A DNA stretch of 64,000 bases from an uncultured Planctomycetaceae bacterium. Its GTDB lineage: Bacteria; Planctomycetota; Planctomycetia; Pirellulales; PALSA-1355. The notes beneath the pieces were generated by a model. It saw nothing but the letters and a program-made list of their open reading frames with translations, was not told where the DNA came from and did no database searches. The translations under genes were made by a program, and so were the position numbers. Below are positions 46,564 to 57,000 of this stretch, one piece after another; position 1 is the first letter of the stretch; each line of letters begins with the position of its first letter. The stretch spans positions 1,920,001-1,984,000 of the forward strand of contig CAWAUV010000007.1 in NCBI GenBank assembly GCA_963785305.1. The letters run 5' to 3'.

Positions 46564-47040
46564 ATGAGCTCCAGACGCGTTCAAAAAGTCGCCGCGGCGA
46601 TCCGCGAGGTGGTCGGCATGGCCATTCTCGCCGACACGAAGGATCCGCGCGTGCGCGATGTGACCGTGACCTCGGTCGAGGTCAGCGGCGACCTTCGCCA
46701 AGCCAAAATCCATGTGTCGATCATGGGCAGCGACAGCCGTCAGCAATTGGCCTTGCATGGGCTCAAGAGCGCCGCGGGATTTTTACAGAGCAAAATCGCC
46801 AAACGGATCGACACCCGCTATACGCCCCGGCTTGAGTTCGTGCTGGACCTGGGGGTCAAGAAATCCTTGGAGATCAGTCGTATTTTGCAAGAAGTACTGC
46901 CGAGCGCCGATCGCGCGGCGGAGGAACCGCCCATTGATGACGAGACGGGCGACGGAGAATCCGCTGGCGAAGAACAGGGCGACGAAGAACCGGGGGAGAT
47001 GGGGCCGATGTCGGGGTCCCGGGAAGCGCGGCCCGAGTGA
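46564..47040 (+). CDS. rbfA: 30S ribosome-binding factor A
   Basis: KDPRV..VTVTSVEVSGDLRQAKI, RYTPRLEF.LD; follows infB. Confidence 0.96.
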   Translation: MSSRRVQKVAAAIREVVGMAILADTKDPRVRDVTVTSVEVSGDLRQAKIHVSIMGSDSRQQLALHGLKSAAGFLQSKIAKRIDTRYTPRLEFVLDLGVKKSLEISRILQEVLPSADRAAEEPPIDDETGDGESAGEEQGDEEPGEMGPMSGSREARPE

Positions 47041-47280
47041 TGGCGCCCTCGGGGCGCGCGGGAACGTGACAACGCTCCGCTTCGTTGGGCGGGGCCGCCT
47101 TTCTTAACGGAGGCGCCGGTAAAATGGATCGGAGCGAATAGGCGCTGGCGCCGATCGCTCGCCTGAAGAGACGAGAAAAAACGCGAGAAGCCGCCGGCGC
47201 CCGGAACGGCCCGGCTTGAAAATGCCTTGGTGAGCGGACATTCTGGAATTGTCGCTTCCTGGACCGATTTCGAGAGACGA

Positions 47281-48213
47281 ATGAGCACAAACCGCGCCGC
47301 GCTGCTGACCAAGATTCACAAAGCTCTCAAAAAGCATTACGCGCATCTCGCGCCGCGCGGCGAGCAGCCGCTGCTCGAGTCGCTGCTCTACGCCACGTGC
47401 CTCGAAAACAATCGCGAGGAAGTCGCGGACAAGGTGTTTCACTCGCTCAAGACATCGTTTTTCGATTGGAACGAAGTCCGCGTGACGACGGTGCGCGAGT
47501 TGGCCGAGGTAATGGCCCCGCTCGAAGACGCGAGCGTGGCGGCCGCGCATTTGAAAAGCGTGCTGCAGACCGTGTTCGAGTCGGAGTATTCCTTCGAGAT
47601 CGAGGCGTTTAAGAAACAGAATATCGGTCAAGCCGTCAAACAGTTGCAAAAGATCGAAGGCGCGACTCCGTTCTCCGTGGCCTACGCCACGCAGCGCGTA
47701 TTGGGTGGGCACTCGATTCCGCTCGATCGCGGCGCGTTGCAAGCGCTCTTCGTGCTCGGCGCCGCCACCCAGGCCGAGGTGGCCAGCGGCGCGGTCGCGG
47801 GGCTCGAACGCGCGATTCCCAAAAGCAAGGGCCAGGAATTCGGCGCCCTTCTGCACGCGATCGGCGCCGATTTCGTCGCGAATCCCTTCTCGTCCACGTT
47901 GCGGGATTTCGTGCTGTCGATCGTGCCCGACGCCAAGGATCGGCTGCCGAAGCGCGGCGTCAAGAAGCCCGAACCCGAGCCGCCGAAGAAGAAAGTCGCG
48001 GAGAAAGCCCCCGAGAAAGCGGCGGCCCCGGTGGAAGCGAAGAAAAAGGAACTACGAGCGGGCATGGCGGCGCCCAAGAACGGTCCGCCGCCCAAGAACG
48101 CCGTCCCGGCCAAGCCGGCCGCCGCGCGCAAGCCCGCCCCGCCGAAGCCGCCCAAGAAGTCGGCTCCGCCCGAAGTCAAAAAGAAAGTGCTCGCCAAGCG
48201 CAAGCCTCGCTAG
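47281..48213 (+). CDS. Hypothetical protein, HhH-GPD/endonuclease III-like fold with Lys/Pro/Ala-rich tail
   Basis: FFDWNEVRV...EL and LGGHSIPLD segments; basic low-complexity C-terminus. Confidence 0.65.
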   Translation: MSTNRAALLTKIHKALKKHYAHLAPRGEQPLLESLLYATCLENNREEVADKVFHSLKTSFFDWNEVRVTTVRELAEVMAPLEDASVAAAHLKSVLQTVFESEYSFEIEAFKKQNIGQAVKQLQKIEGATPFSVAYATQRVLGGHSIPLDRGALQALFVLGAATQAEVASGAVAGLERAIPKSKGQEFGALLHAIGADFVANPFSSTLRDFVLSIVPDAKDRLPKRGVKKPEPEPPKKKVAEKAPEKAAAPVEAKKKELRAGMAAPKNGPPPKNAVPAKPAAARKPAPPKPPKKSAPPEVKKKVLAKRKPR

Positions 48214-48353
48214 TGTGTTTGGGCGCCGCCCGATGCGGGCGATGGACCACACGGATGTTTTATTGAAGAGACCGAGGCCGAGAATCGAGTGCTTGTCGCG
48301 GTGGCCCGGAGCAGGTCCGCGCGGCGCGATGCTGCTGGCCAGGGAGGTTCGCC

Positions 48354-50696
48354 ATGTCGAAATTGCATCGTGAAGCGAGTAACGCCTGGGAGATCGTTTC
48401 GCGAGCCGCTAGCGCCGCGGTCGCGAAACGCGTTTCGTGCCGGGCCGCGTTGCTTGTCGGATTGCTCGCTCTATTGCAATCGTGCCCAGGGTTTTCGCCG
48501 CTCGCCGCGCGCCGCGCTCGGGCCGATGAACCCGCGCCGGTGGCAAAAAACGAGGCGGCGCCGGCCAAGGGCGCAGAGCGCCAGCCGGGAGCGCTTGATC
48601 TCGACGATCCGGTGGAGCCGCTCACGCCGCTCAAGCCGCGCACCGGGCTAGAAGCCGATCGTGTCGAGGCCGAGGCGCTCTTCACCGCCGCGCGGGTCGC
48701 CGAGCAAAAGCAAGACTTCGCATCGGCCCTGCGATACTATCAACGGGCTTATCGCCGCGATCCCGGCAGCTCGGCCGCGCTGCGCGAGATTCCGTCGCTG
48801 GCCTTTTCGCTCGATCAGCCGGCGGTGGCGGTGCGCGATGCGGTGCTCGAGGGCGACACCGAAACAATGGAACCGGTGGCGTTGCGGCGGCTGGCGACGG
48901 CCCTGGTGGAAAACGGCGCCCATGAAGCGGCGCTGCGGCTCTTCAGGCGGTTGGCGAAGCTCGAAGCCCATGACAAGCCTTCGTCGGGCCAGGCCGCGCT
49001 CTGGATGCATTTGGGCCGGCTCGAGTTCAACGCCAAGCAATACTCCGCGGCGGCCGAGAACTTCGCTCGAGTCGTGAAGGCGCTCGACCATGCCGACGAA
49101 TATGGGCTCGATGATTCGCATCGCCGCCGCCTGCTCGGCAAGAGCGATCTCGCGTATTTGCTGTTCGGCGAGGCATTTCTTGAAGCTGGCCGGCTCGACG
49201 AAGCTTCGGCCGCCTTCGCAAAAGCCAACTCGCTCGTGCCCAACGAAGGCGTGTTCGCCTACAACCAGGCCCGAGTGCTTGAAAAAGAACACAAGCCGGC
49301 CGAAGCGCTGGAGCGCTTGAGCGTGTTCCTCGAAAAACATCCCGGCGGGCAAGGCCTGAGGCCCTATGAACTTTTGGCGCGGCTGCTCAAGGAAACCGGC
49401 GCCGAGGGGCAGCTCGACCCACGGCTCGATCAACTGTTGGCCATCGATCCTAACACGCCGCTGACCTTCTTCGCGGCCAAGCATTTCGAAGACACCGAGC
49501 AGTGGGATAAGTCCGAGCAGTTGTATTTGCGGCTCTTGGACGGCAAACCGGAAAAGACGCCCGCCGAGGTGCTCGCCGGCTTGGCCGATATCTATTGGCG
49601 CAAACACGATATTCCGCGACTGCTCGACACGCTGGGCGACGCCGCCGCGCGCGACGAAAGCCTCGCGCCCGTGAGCGAAGTGGCCAAAAAGCTGGCCGCC
49701 GAGCCGGACACCGTGCGACAGCTTGCCGATCTCGCGCGGAAAGATGCCGCCGATCCGAATGGCGACCCCAGCCCCAGCCGGCCGCTGGCCGTGGCGATGC
49801 TCGCGATCGAAGCCAAGGACTACGCGCTCGCGGGCGAGTTCTTCGACAAGGCGATCGCCGCCGCGCCGAACAAGAAAGCCGAGTTTTTGCTTCTCTGGGG
49901 ATCGGGCCTCTTGATCGCCGAACGCACCGACGACGCGATTCGCGTCTTTCGCCGGGGCATCTCCGAGCAAGCGCTGCCCGACAACGCCGCCTTCGATTTT
50001 TATCTCTCCGGAGCGCTCGAAATCGCCGGCCACACCGACGAAGCCTTGGCCGCCGCCGATCGGGCCGCCCAAGCCCGCAAGGATAACCCCCGTTTTCACG
50101 CCCGGCGGGCGTGGATCCTCTATCACGCCAAGCGCTACGACGCCGCGCGAGAAGCCTACCAGGCGCTGCTCAAGAAGTTCGACGCGAACCACGATTCGGA
50201 AGATGCCCGCGAGGCGCTCCGCGACGCGCGATCGGCGCTGTCGAATATCGAAGTCGCCGAGCACCACATGGACGCCGCCGAGGAATGGCTCGAGCAGGTG
50301 CTCGATGAATTTCCGGAAAACATCGGCGCGCTCAACGATCTGGGCTATCTCTGGGCCGACGAAAACAAACATCTCGATCGCGCGCTGCGCATGATCGAGG
50401 TGGCGGTGAAGGCCGAGCCGAAGAACATGGCCTACCTCGACAGTCTGGGCTGGGCGCTGTTTCGCTTGGGCCGCTACCGCGAGGCGATTCCCCCGCTCAC
50501 GGCCGCCACGGCCGATCCGAAAGCCGACACCACGGTGTTCGAGCACCTGGGCGACGCCGAGGACAAAGCCGGCCACGCCGCGGCGGCCGACGCCGCTTGG
50601 CAAAGCGCGGTCAAGCGAATGGAAGACGAGAAAGAGCCCGACCAACAAAAGATCGCCGCGATCAAAGCCAAATTGGCTCGCGGCAAGAACCCCTGA
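48354..50696 (+). CDS. Secreted tetratricopeptide repeat protein
   Basis: Signal peptide; ALNDLGYLWAD, AYLDSLGWALFRLG, EHLGDA TPR motifs. Confidence 0.9.
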   Translation: MSKLHREASNAWEIVSRAASAAVAKRVSCRAALLVGLLALLQSCPGFSPLAARRARADEPAPVAKNEAAPAKGAERQPGALDLDDPVEPLTPLKPRTGLEADRVEAEALFTAARVAEQKQDFASALRYYQRAYRRDPGSSAALREIPSLAFSLDQPAVAVRDAVLEGDTETMEPVALRRLATALVENGAHEAALRLFRRLAKLEAHDKPSSGQAALWMHLGRLEFNAKQYSAAAENFARVVKALDHADEYGLDDSHRRRLLGKSDLAYLLFGEAFLEAGRLDEASAAFAKANSLVPNEGVFAYNQARVLEKEHKPAEALERLSVFLEKHPGGQGLRPYELLARLLKETGAEGQLDPRLDQLLAIDPNTPLTFFAAKHFEDTEQWDKSEQLYLRLLDGKPEKTPAEVLAGLADIYWRKHDIPRLLDTLGDAAARDESLAPVSEVAKKLAAEPDTVRQLADLARKDAADPNGDPSPSRPLAVAMLAIEAKDYALAGEFFDKAIAAAPNKKAEFLLLWGSGLLIAERTDDAIRVFRRGISEQALPDNAAFDFYLSGALEIAGHTDEALAAADRAAQARKDNPRFHARRAWILYHAKRYDAAREAYQALLKKFDANHDSEDAREALRDARSALSNIEVAEHHMDAAEEWLEQVLDEFPENIGALNDLGYLWADENKHLDRALRMIEVAVKAEPKNMAYLDSLGWALFRLGRYREAIPPLTAATADPKADTTVFEHLGDAEDKAGHAAAADAAWQSAVKRMEDEKEPDQQKIAAIKAKLARGKNP

Positions 50697-50735
50697 AATT
50701 CAACTGTTTTTTCATCGTGAACGCGAGTCGAAACC

Positions 50736-51485
50736 ATGGCTGGACATTCCCACTGGGCCAACATTGCCCGTAAGAAATCGCTGATCGACAACAAGCGCGG
50801 CAAGGTCTGGAGCAAGCTCTCCAAGGCGATCATCGTCGCGGCCAAGGCCGGCGGCGGCGATCCCGACGCGAACCTCAAGCTCCGCTACGCCATCGACGCG
50901 GCCAAGGCGATCAGCATGCCCAAGGAAAACATCCAAAGGGCCATCAAACGCGGCACGGGCGAGATGGAAGGCGGCAATCTCGAGGAAGTGCTCTACGAAG
51001 GCTATGGCGCCGGCGGAGTGGCCGTGCTCTGCGAAATCTTGACCGACAATCGCAACCGCACCGCCGGCGAGATTCGCAAAGTGTTCGAACTGGCCGATGG
51101 CAAGCTCGGCGCCACCGGCTGCGTGGCTTGGATGTTCGAGCGCAAAGGCATGTTTCTCATTCCCGGCAATGTGATGGACGAGGACACGCTGCTCGAATTC
51201 GCCCTCGAACATGGCGCCGACGACGTGAAACGCGTCGATGACAAATTCGAAGTCACCTGCGACCCGAGCGCCTTCGGCCAGGTCGACGCCGCCCTGCGAG
51301 CCAAGGGCATCGAACCCGAACTGGCCGAAATCAGTCGCATTCCCACCTCGACCGTCGATCTCGACGCCGACGCCGCCCGCAAGGTGCTGGCCCTCATGGA
51401 ACGCTTGGACGACCACGACGACGTGCAGAGCGTGTCGGCCAATTTCAATATTCCCCAAGAAGCGATGGCCGCGATCAAGGGCTGA
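50736..51485 (+). CDS. yebC: YebC/PmpR family protein
   Basis: MAGHSHWANI, YEGYG, TDNRNRT, DDVQSVSAN. Confidence 0.96.
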   Translation: MAGHSHWANIARKKSLIDNKRGKVWSKLSKAIIVAAKAGGGDPDANLKLRYAIDAAKAISMPKENIQRAIKRGTGEMEGGNLEEVLYEGYGAGGVAVLCEILTDNRNRTAGEIRKVFELADGKLGATGCVAWMFERKGMFLIPGNVMDEDTLLEFALEHGADDVKRVDDKFEVTCDPSAFGQVDAALRAKGIEPELAEISRIPTSTVDLDADAARKVLALMERLDDHDDVQSVSANFNIPQEAMAAIKG

Positions 51486-51525
51486 TCTTCTCCCGCCGCG
51501 CTGTTCTCCAGAGGGATTTTTCGTC

Positions 51526-52563
51526 ATGGAATATCGACGACTTGGCGGCTCGGGCCTCATGGTTCCCGTGCTTTCGTTCGGCACCGGCACCTTTGGCGGC
51601 GGCAACGAATTCTTCAAGGCCTGGGGCTCGACCACGGCCAAGGAAGCCACGCGCCTGGTGGATATCTGCCTCGAGGCCGGACTCAACATGTTCGACTCGG
51701 CCGATGTGTATTCCGGCGGCATGGCCGAGGAGATTTTGGCGCGAGCCATCAAAGGCCGCCGCGATCAGGTGTTGATCTCGACCAAGGGCACGTTTCGCAC
51801 CGGCCCCGGACCGAACGATGTCGGCTCCTCGCGCATTCATCTTGCCCAAGCGGTCGAGGCGAGTCTCCGTCGCTTGGGAACCGATGTGATCGATCTCTAC
51901 CAGTTGCATGCCTTCGACGCGATGACGCCGATCGAGGAGACCATGCACGCGCTCGACGACTTGGTGCGCGCCGGCAAGATTCGCTACATTGGCTGCTCGA
52001 ACTTTTCCGGTTGGCAATTGATGAAATCGCTCGCCGTGAGCGATCGCCATGGACTGGCTCGCTATGTGGCCCATCAGGCTTACTATTCGCTCGTCGGGCG
52101 CGACTACGAATGGGAGCTCATGCCGCTGGGGATCGCCGAGCGCGTGGGCGCCGTGGTCTGGAGTCCCTTGGGCTGGGGGCGGCTCACCGGCAAGGTGCGT
52201 CGCGGCGTCGCGCTCCCGCAAACCAGTCGGCTGCACGGCAAAAAGTCGACCGAAGCAGGTCCCCAGATCGACGATGAATATCTCTTCGGAGTCGTCGACG
52301 CGCTCGAGGCCGTGGCCAAGGAAACCGGCAAGCTCGTGCCCCAGGTGGCGCTCAATTGGCTGTTGCGGCGGCCGACCGTGGCAACGGTGATTATCGGCGC
52401 GCGCCATGAAGAGCAGTTGCGCCAGAATCTCGACACCGTGAATTTCGAGCTCGCGGCCGAGCAGATCGCGAAGCTCGACGCCGCCAGCGCTCGGCCCGTG
52501 GCCTATCCCTACTGGCATCAGCGGAGCAGTTTCAAGGATCGCAATCCGCCGCCGGTGTGGTAG
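51526..52563 (+). CDS. Aldo/keto reductase
   Basis: FDSADVYS, STK, SLRRLGTDVIDLYQLH, GKIRYIGCSN, WSPLG. Confidence 0.95.
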   Translation: MEYRRLGGSGLMVPVLSFGTGTFGGGNEFFKAWGSTTAKEATRLVDICLEAGLNMFDSADVYSGGMAEEILARAIKGRRDQVLISTKGTFRTGPGPNDVGSSRIHLAQAVEASLRRLGTDVIDLYQLHAFDAMTPIEETMHALDDLVRAGKIRYIGCSNFSGWQLMKSLAVSDRHGLARYVAHQAYYSLVGRDYEWELMPLGIAERVGAVVWSPLGWGRLTGKVRRGVALPQTSRLHGKKSTEAGPQIDDEYLFGVVDALEAVAKETGKLVPQVALNWLLRRPTVATVIIGARHEEQLRQNLDTVNFELAAEQIAKLDAASARPVAYPYWHQRSSFKDRNPPPVW

Positions 52564-52635
52564 TCGGCGGAGGGTTGCCGACGTTTCGCCTCGCCGCAAC
52601 GAAGTTTCGCGTGGCGTCGAACTGGAGCGTGGCGC

Positions 52636-53840
52636 ATGGATGACCAGCGCGAGGGCGCGAACGCGCCGCCCCGGCCGTGGTTGATGGAAAGTCCGCCAGG
52701 CGCACGCACGCGCATCGCCGGTCGCGAGTTTCTCTATTTCGCCGGCTCGGGCTATCTCGGTCTTCAGGGCGATCGACGCGTGATCGAAGCTCTGCAATCC
52801 GCGGCGGCTCGGTTCGGCTCGCACTGCGCAACGAGTCGCACCTTGTTTGGCGACTGCGCGCCAGTGCGCGAGGTGGAAGAGCGAGCCGCCGCATGGTTTG
52901 GGGCCGACGCATCGCTCTATTTGCCGAGCGGCTACGCTGGCAATTTCGCGATCGCCGCGGCGTCGCGCCCGACGTGCATTTGGCTCTGATCGATGAAGCG
53001 GCGCATGATAGTTTGCGCGAAGCGGCCCGGAGCTTGGCGAGCCTCGAGCGGCCGCCGCTGGTGTTTCGCCATCGCGATCCGAACCATGTGCGCGAATTGC
53101 TTTCCGCGCGTGCGCGGGTCGGCCAGCATGCAATCCTGCTGACCGATGGCGTGTTTTCGGCCAGCGGCCGCTTGGCGCCGGTGACGGATTATTTAGACGT
53201 GCTCGATCGCTTCGAGGGCGGCATGCTGCTGGTCGACGACGCGCATGGCGTGGCGACGCTCGGGGCCACGGGCCGCGGTTCGCTGGAACTGGCCGGCGTC
53301 GCGGCGCCGGAAATCAACCGCGCGCTCGACGAGCCGCTGACCCGATCGACTCGCGTCTTCCAATCGGCCACGCTCAGCAAGGCGATTGGTGGCTATGGCG
53401 GAGTGGTGGCGGGCAGCGAGCGGTTTCTCTCGCGGGTGCGGGCGGGGAGCGGCTGGCATCGCGCGGCGAGCGCCCCTCCGGCCCCGATGGCGGCCGCCAC
53501 GGCCCAGGCGCTGGAAATCGCGGCCCGCGAGCCGGAACTTCGCCAGCGACTCGCGCGAAACATCGCCCTGGCTCGAACCTCGCTCCGGTCGGCCGGCGCC
53601 GAAGTCTTCGACGAGCCGACGCCCGTGATCGCCCTGGAGCTCGACTCTCCGCCGGGCGAGGCCGCCGAGCGGATGCAGCTTGTGCAAAGCCGGCTGCTCG
53701 CGGCCGGAATCGCGATCGCCTATGTCGGGCACTATGCGGGCGCCGGACCGGCCGGCCTGTTGCGAATCGCGGTCTTTGCCACGCATTCTTCGGCCATGAT
53801 CGAGCGGCTGGCGAGAGAATTGGCGCCCCTGCTGCGGTAA
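52636..53840 (+). CDS. BioF-like PLP-dependent class II aminotransferase (apparent frameshift near 52975)
   Basis: FAGSGYLGL, SGYAGN, DEAAHDS, TDGVFS, VDDAHG, TLSKAIG. Confidence 0.85.
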
Positions 53841-54086
53841 TGGGCCGCGAGGGCTCGAGGGCTCTGGGGAGAGCAGAGCATGAGACCAACTCCTCGAACT
53901 TCGCAAAAAAACGGATTTTGAGGATTGAACCGCATGGAGGGTGGAAGTAGTCTCAGTAGGTCACGATGCGGTACTCCACCGCATGGCGATCCTTTCCCGG
54001 AATTAACGCGGCCTTTCTCAACACTTTAGTGCGGTTTACCAACTTCGGCGCCTTTCGCAGCGCCGTTTTTGCTTGGACTCGGAGCT

Positions 54087-57000
54087 ATGCCGATGTCGCG
54101 AATTTCGCGAACTACTTGCTCGCCTTGGAATCGTTGGCGGGCGTTGTCGTGGTTGATCGTGTGCTTGGCCATCGCCATCGCGCGGGCCGAGGCGCAAGAT
54201 CTGTGGACAGGCGGTGGGGCCGACGCGAACTGGATGACCGCCGGCAACTGGCAGTCGGGCGCGATTCCCACGGCGGGCGACAACCTCACATTCGGCGGCT
54301 CGACGAACCCATCGCCCAATAACAACTTCGCGGCCAACACCGCGTTTTCGGGAATCACCTTCGCCAGCGGCGCCACGAATTTCACCCTGACCGGCAATTC
54401 CATCAACTTCGCCGGCGTAATCACCAACAACGCCAATAACGCCGAAACCATCAACCTGCCGCTCGCGCTCACCGCCGCCAGCACGATCGACAACACGGTC
54501 GGCAACACGATGAGCATCGGCGGCGTAATCAGCGGCGCCTATAAACTCACGTTCAACGGCTCCGGCCCGGTGGCGCTGAGCGGCGCCAATACCTTCACCG
54601 GCGGCGTCGCGCTCACCTCGGGCACGCTCGACCTGAATAGCTCCTCCGCGCTCGGAACCGGAACGCTTACGATCGCGAGCGGCGCCACGTTCGACAATAC
54701 ATCTGGCGGCGCGATCACGCTCGCCAACAACGCCGAGACCTGGAACGGATCGATCAACTACAACGGCTCGAACTCGCTCAACTTGGGAACCGGCGCCATC
54801 TCGCTCGCCTCCCCGGTCACGCTCAACGGCTACGGCAGCGTGCTCACCGTGCCCGGCGTCATCAGCGGCGCCAACAGCCTCGCCATTGCCGGATACTCGA
54901 CCGTCGTGCTCTCGGGCGCCAATACCTACTCCGGCGGTCTCACGCTTTCAGGCGGCACGCTCGACTTGAACAATGCCGGCGCACTTGGCAATGGCGGGAC
55001 GTTCACGATTTCGGGCGGCACGATCGACAATACCAGCGGCGCGGCAATCACCCTAGGCAACAATCCAGAAGCGTGGGGCTCCTCGATCAATTTCACTGGG
55101 TCGCGCTCGCTCAATCTCGGCGCCGGCGCCGTGACGCTCAACTCGACCGCTTACATTACCGTGTCGGCCAATACACTCACGGTCGGCGGCCTCATTGGCG
55201 CGGGCAGCTCGAACGGCCTCACGCTCTACGGGCCCGGCACGCTCGCGCTCATGGGCGCCGGCAACTATGCCAGCGGCTACACCGGCGCAACGACCCTGTA
55301 TTCCGGAATGCTCCAAGCCTCCGATGGCGCCGGCGGTTCGCTCGGCTCGGGTCCGCTCGCGATCAACGGTGGCACATTTCAAATCGCTTCGACCGCGAGC
55401 GGATACACCGAAAACCGAGAAGCCGGAACAGGCGCCGGACAGATTTCAATCACCAACGGCGGGTTCTCGGCGATTGGTGGCCCGGTCACGCTGGCGATCG
55501 GCGATCCGAGCGGCAGCGGTTTGGCGACGATCACCTGGAACAACTCGACTCCCACATCGCTCTATGGCGGTCAGACGCTCAATTTTGGCTCGACCACCTC
55601 CAACGCCGCGCTCACGGTGAACAACCCGATCGACCTGGCCGGCTCGTCGCAAACCATCAATGTGACCGCGGGCGTGGGCGGCGATAGCACCACATTGGCC
55701 GGTATCGTGAGCGATGGCAGCTTCACCCAAACCGGCGCCAGCACGCTGATTCTCACGAATGCCGGCAACAGCTTTACAAGCGTGACCGTGGGCGGCGGAA
55801 TCTTGCAGGCGACCGAGGGCGGCAGCCTACCCGCGACCGCGAATCTTTCGCTCGGCGGCGCTTCGACGCCCGGCATGCTCCAACTTCAGAGCGCCTCGGG
55901 CGGCGTCACCGAAAGCCGCAATGTCACCACCACAACGGGCGCGGGTAACTTGCAATTTGGCGCCGCTGGCGGCGGATTTTCAGCCGTCGGCGGGCCGATC
56001 ACGGTGTCGCTCGCGGTCGGCGGCACGGCGGGCGGCACGCTTGTCTGGGGCTCGACGCCTGGATTTCTTTCCAGCGGCGTCCCGCTCTACTTCGGCACGA
56101 CCACGGCCAACAACGTGACCACGCTCACGAACCCGATCAATTTGAACGGCGCGGCGAAAACCGTGAATGTCGCGAGCGGCGCCGGCGGCGACAGCGCCAC
56201 GATTTCCGGCGCGATTTCGTCGAGCGCCTCGGGCGGTGTGCTGGTGAAGACCGGCGCCGGCTTGCTCACGCTCACTGGAGTGAACACCTACGCCAATGGC
56301 ACGACGATCAACGGTGGCACGCTCGAAGTCAGCGGCTCGGGAACCCTCGGCGCCGTGACCACCTCGACGGCCAACACCAGCAATGTCGTGAACCTGAACA
56401 ACAGCGCCACGCTCAATCTCGGCGGAACCACGCAATCGGTCTACGCGATTGGCGGGGGCGCGGGCGGCGCGGTCGGCTCGATTCTCAACGGCACGATCGA
56501 CGTCGGCAATGGACTAATCAACCTTCGGAGCGGCACATACAACGCGAATTTTGGCGAGGTCAGCGGCTTTACGAGCGGGCGGATTTTCGTCAATGGCGGC
56601 GGCGCGTCGGCCGTGACCGTGCTGGGTGGCAACAATTCCGGACTGCAATATAGCGACACGCACACCGCGATCCTCGGCAATGGCAGCGCTGCGGGCACGA
56701 TTCAGATCACGAATCCCAACGCGCTCGGCAGCGCCGCTAGCCAGACACAAATCTTCTCCGCCATACTCGATCTCGATGGCACTGCGAACGTCTCCCAGGC
56801 GAGCATCGCGGCGTTTTCGAACACCAATGACGTCGCCCAGTTGATCAACAGCAACACGACGACCGCCGCGAGCACGGCCGCGAAAATCGAGCTCACCATG
56901 GCGGCTAACATCGATCTCGGCGGCGCGGGAAACATGACCCTGAGCGGCCCGATTCTCTGGATGCCCGGTGACAATGCGCCGACCGGCTCCAGCACTCCCG

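Noticed and set aside
42018..50648. Long minus-strand ORFs (558, 813 and 666 aa) opposite nusA, infB and the TPR gene
   Set aside because: Typical stop-poor antisense frames of high-GC genes, with no domain motifs.
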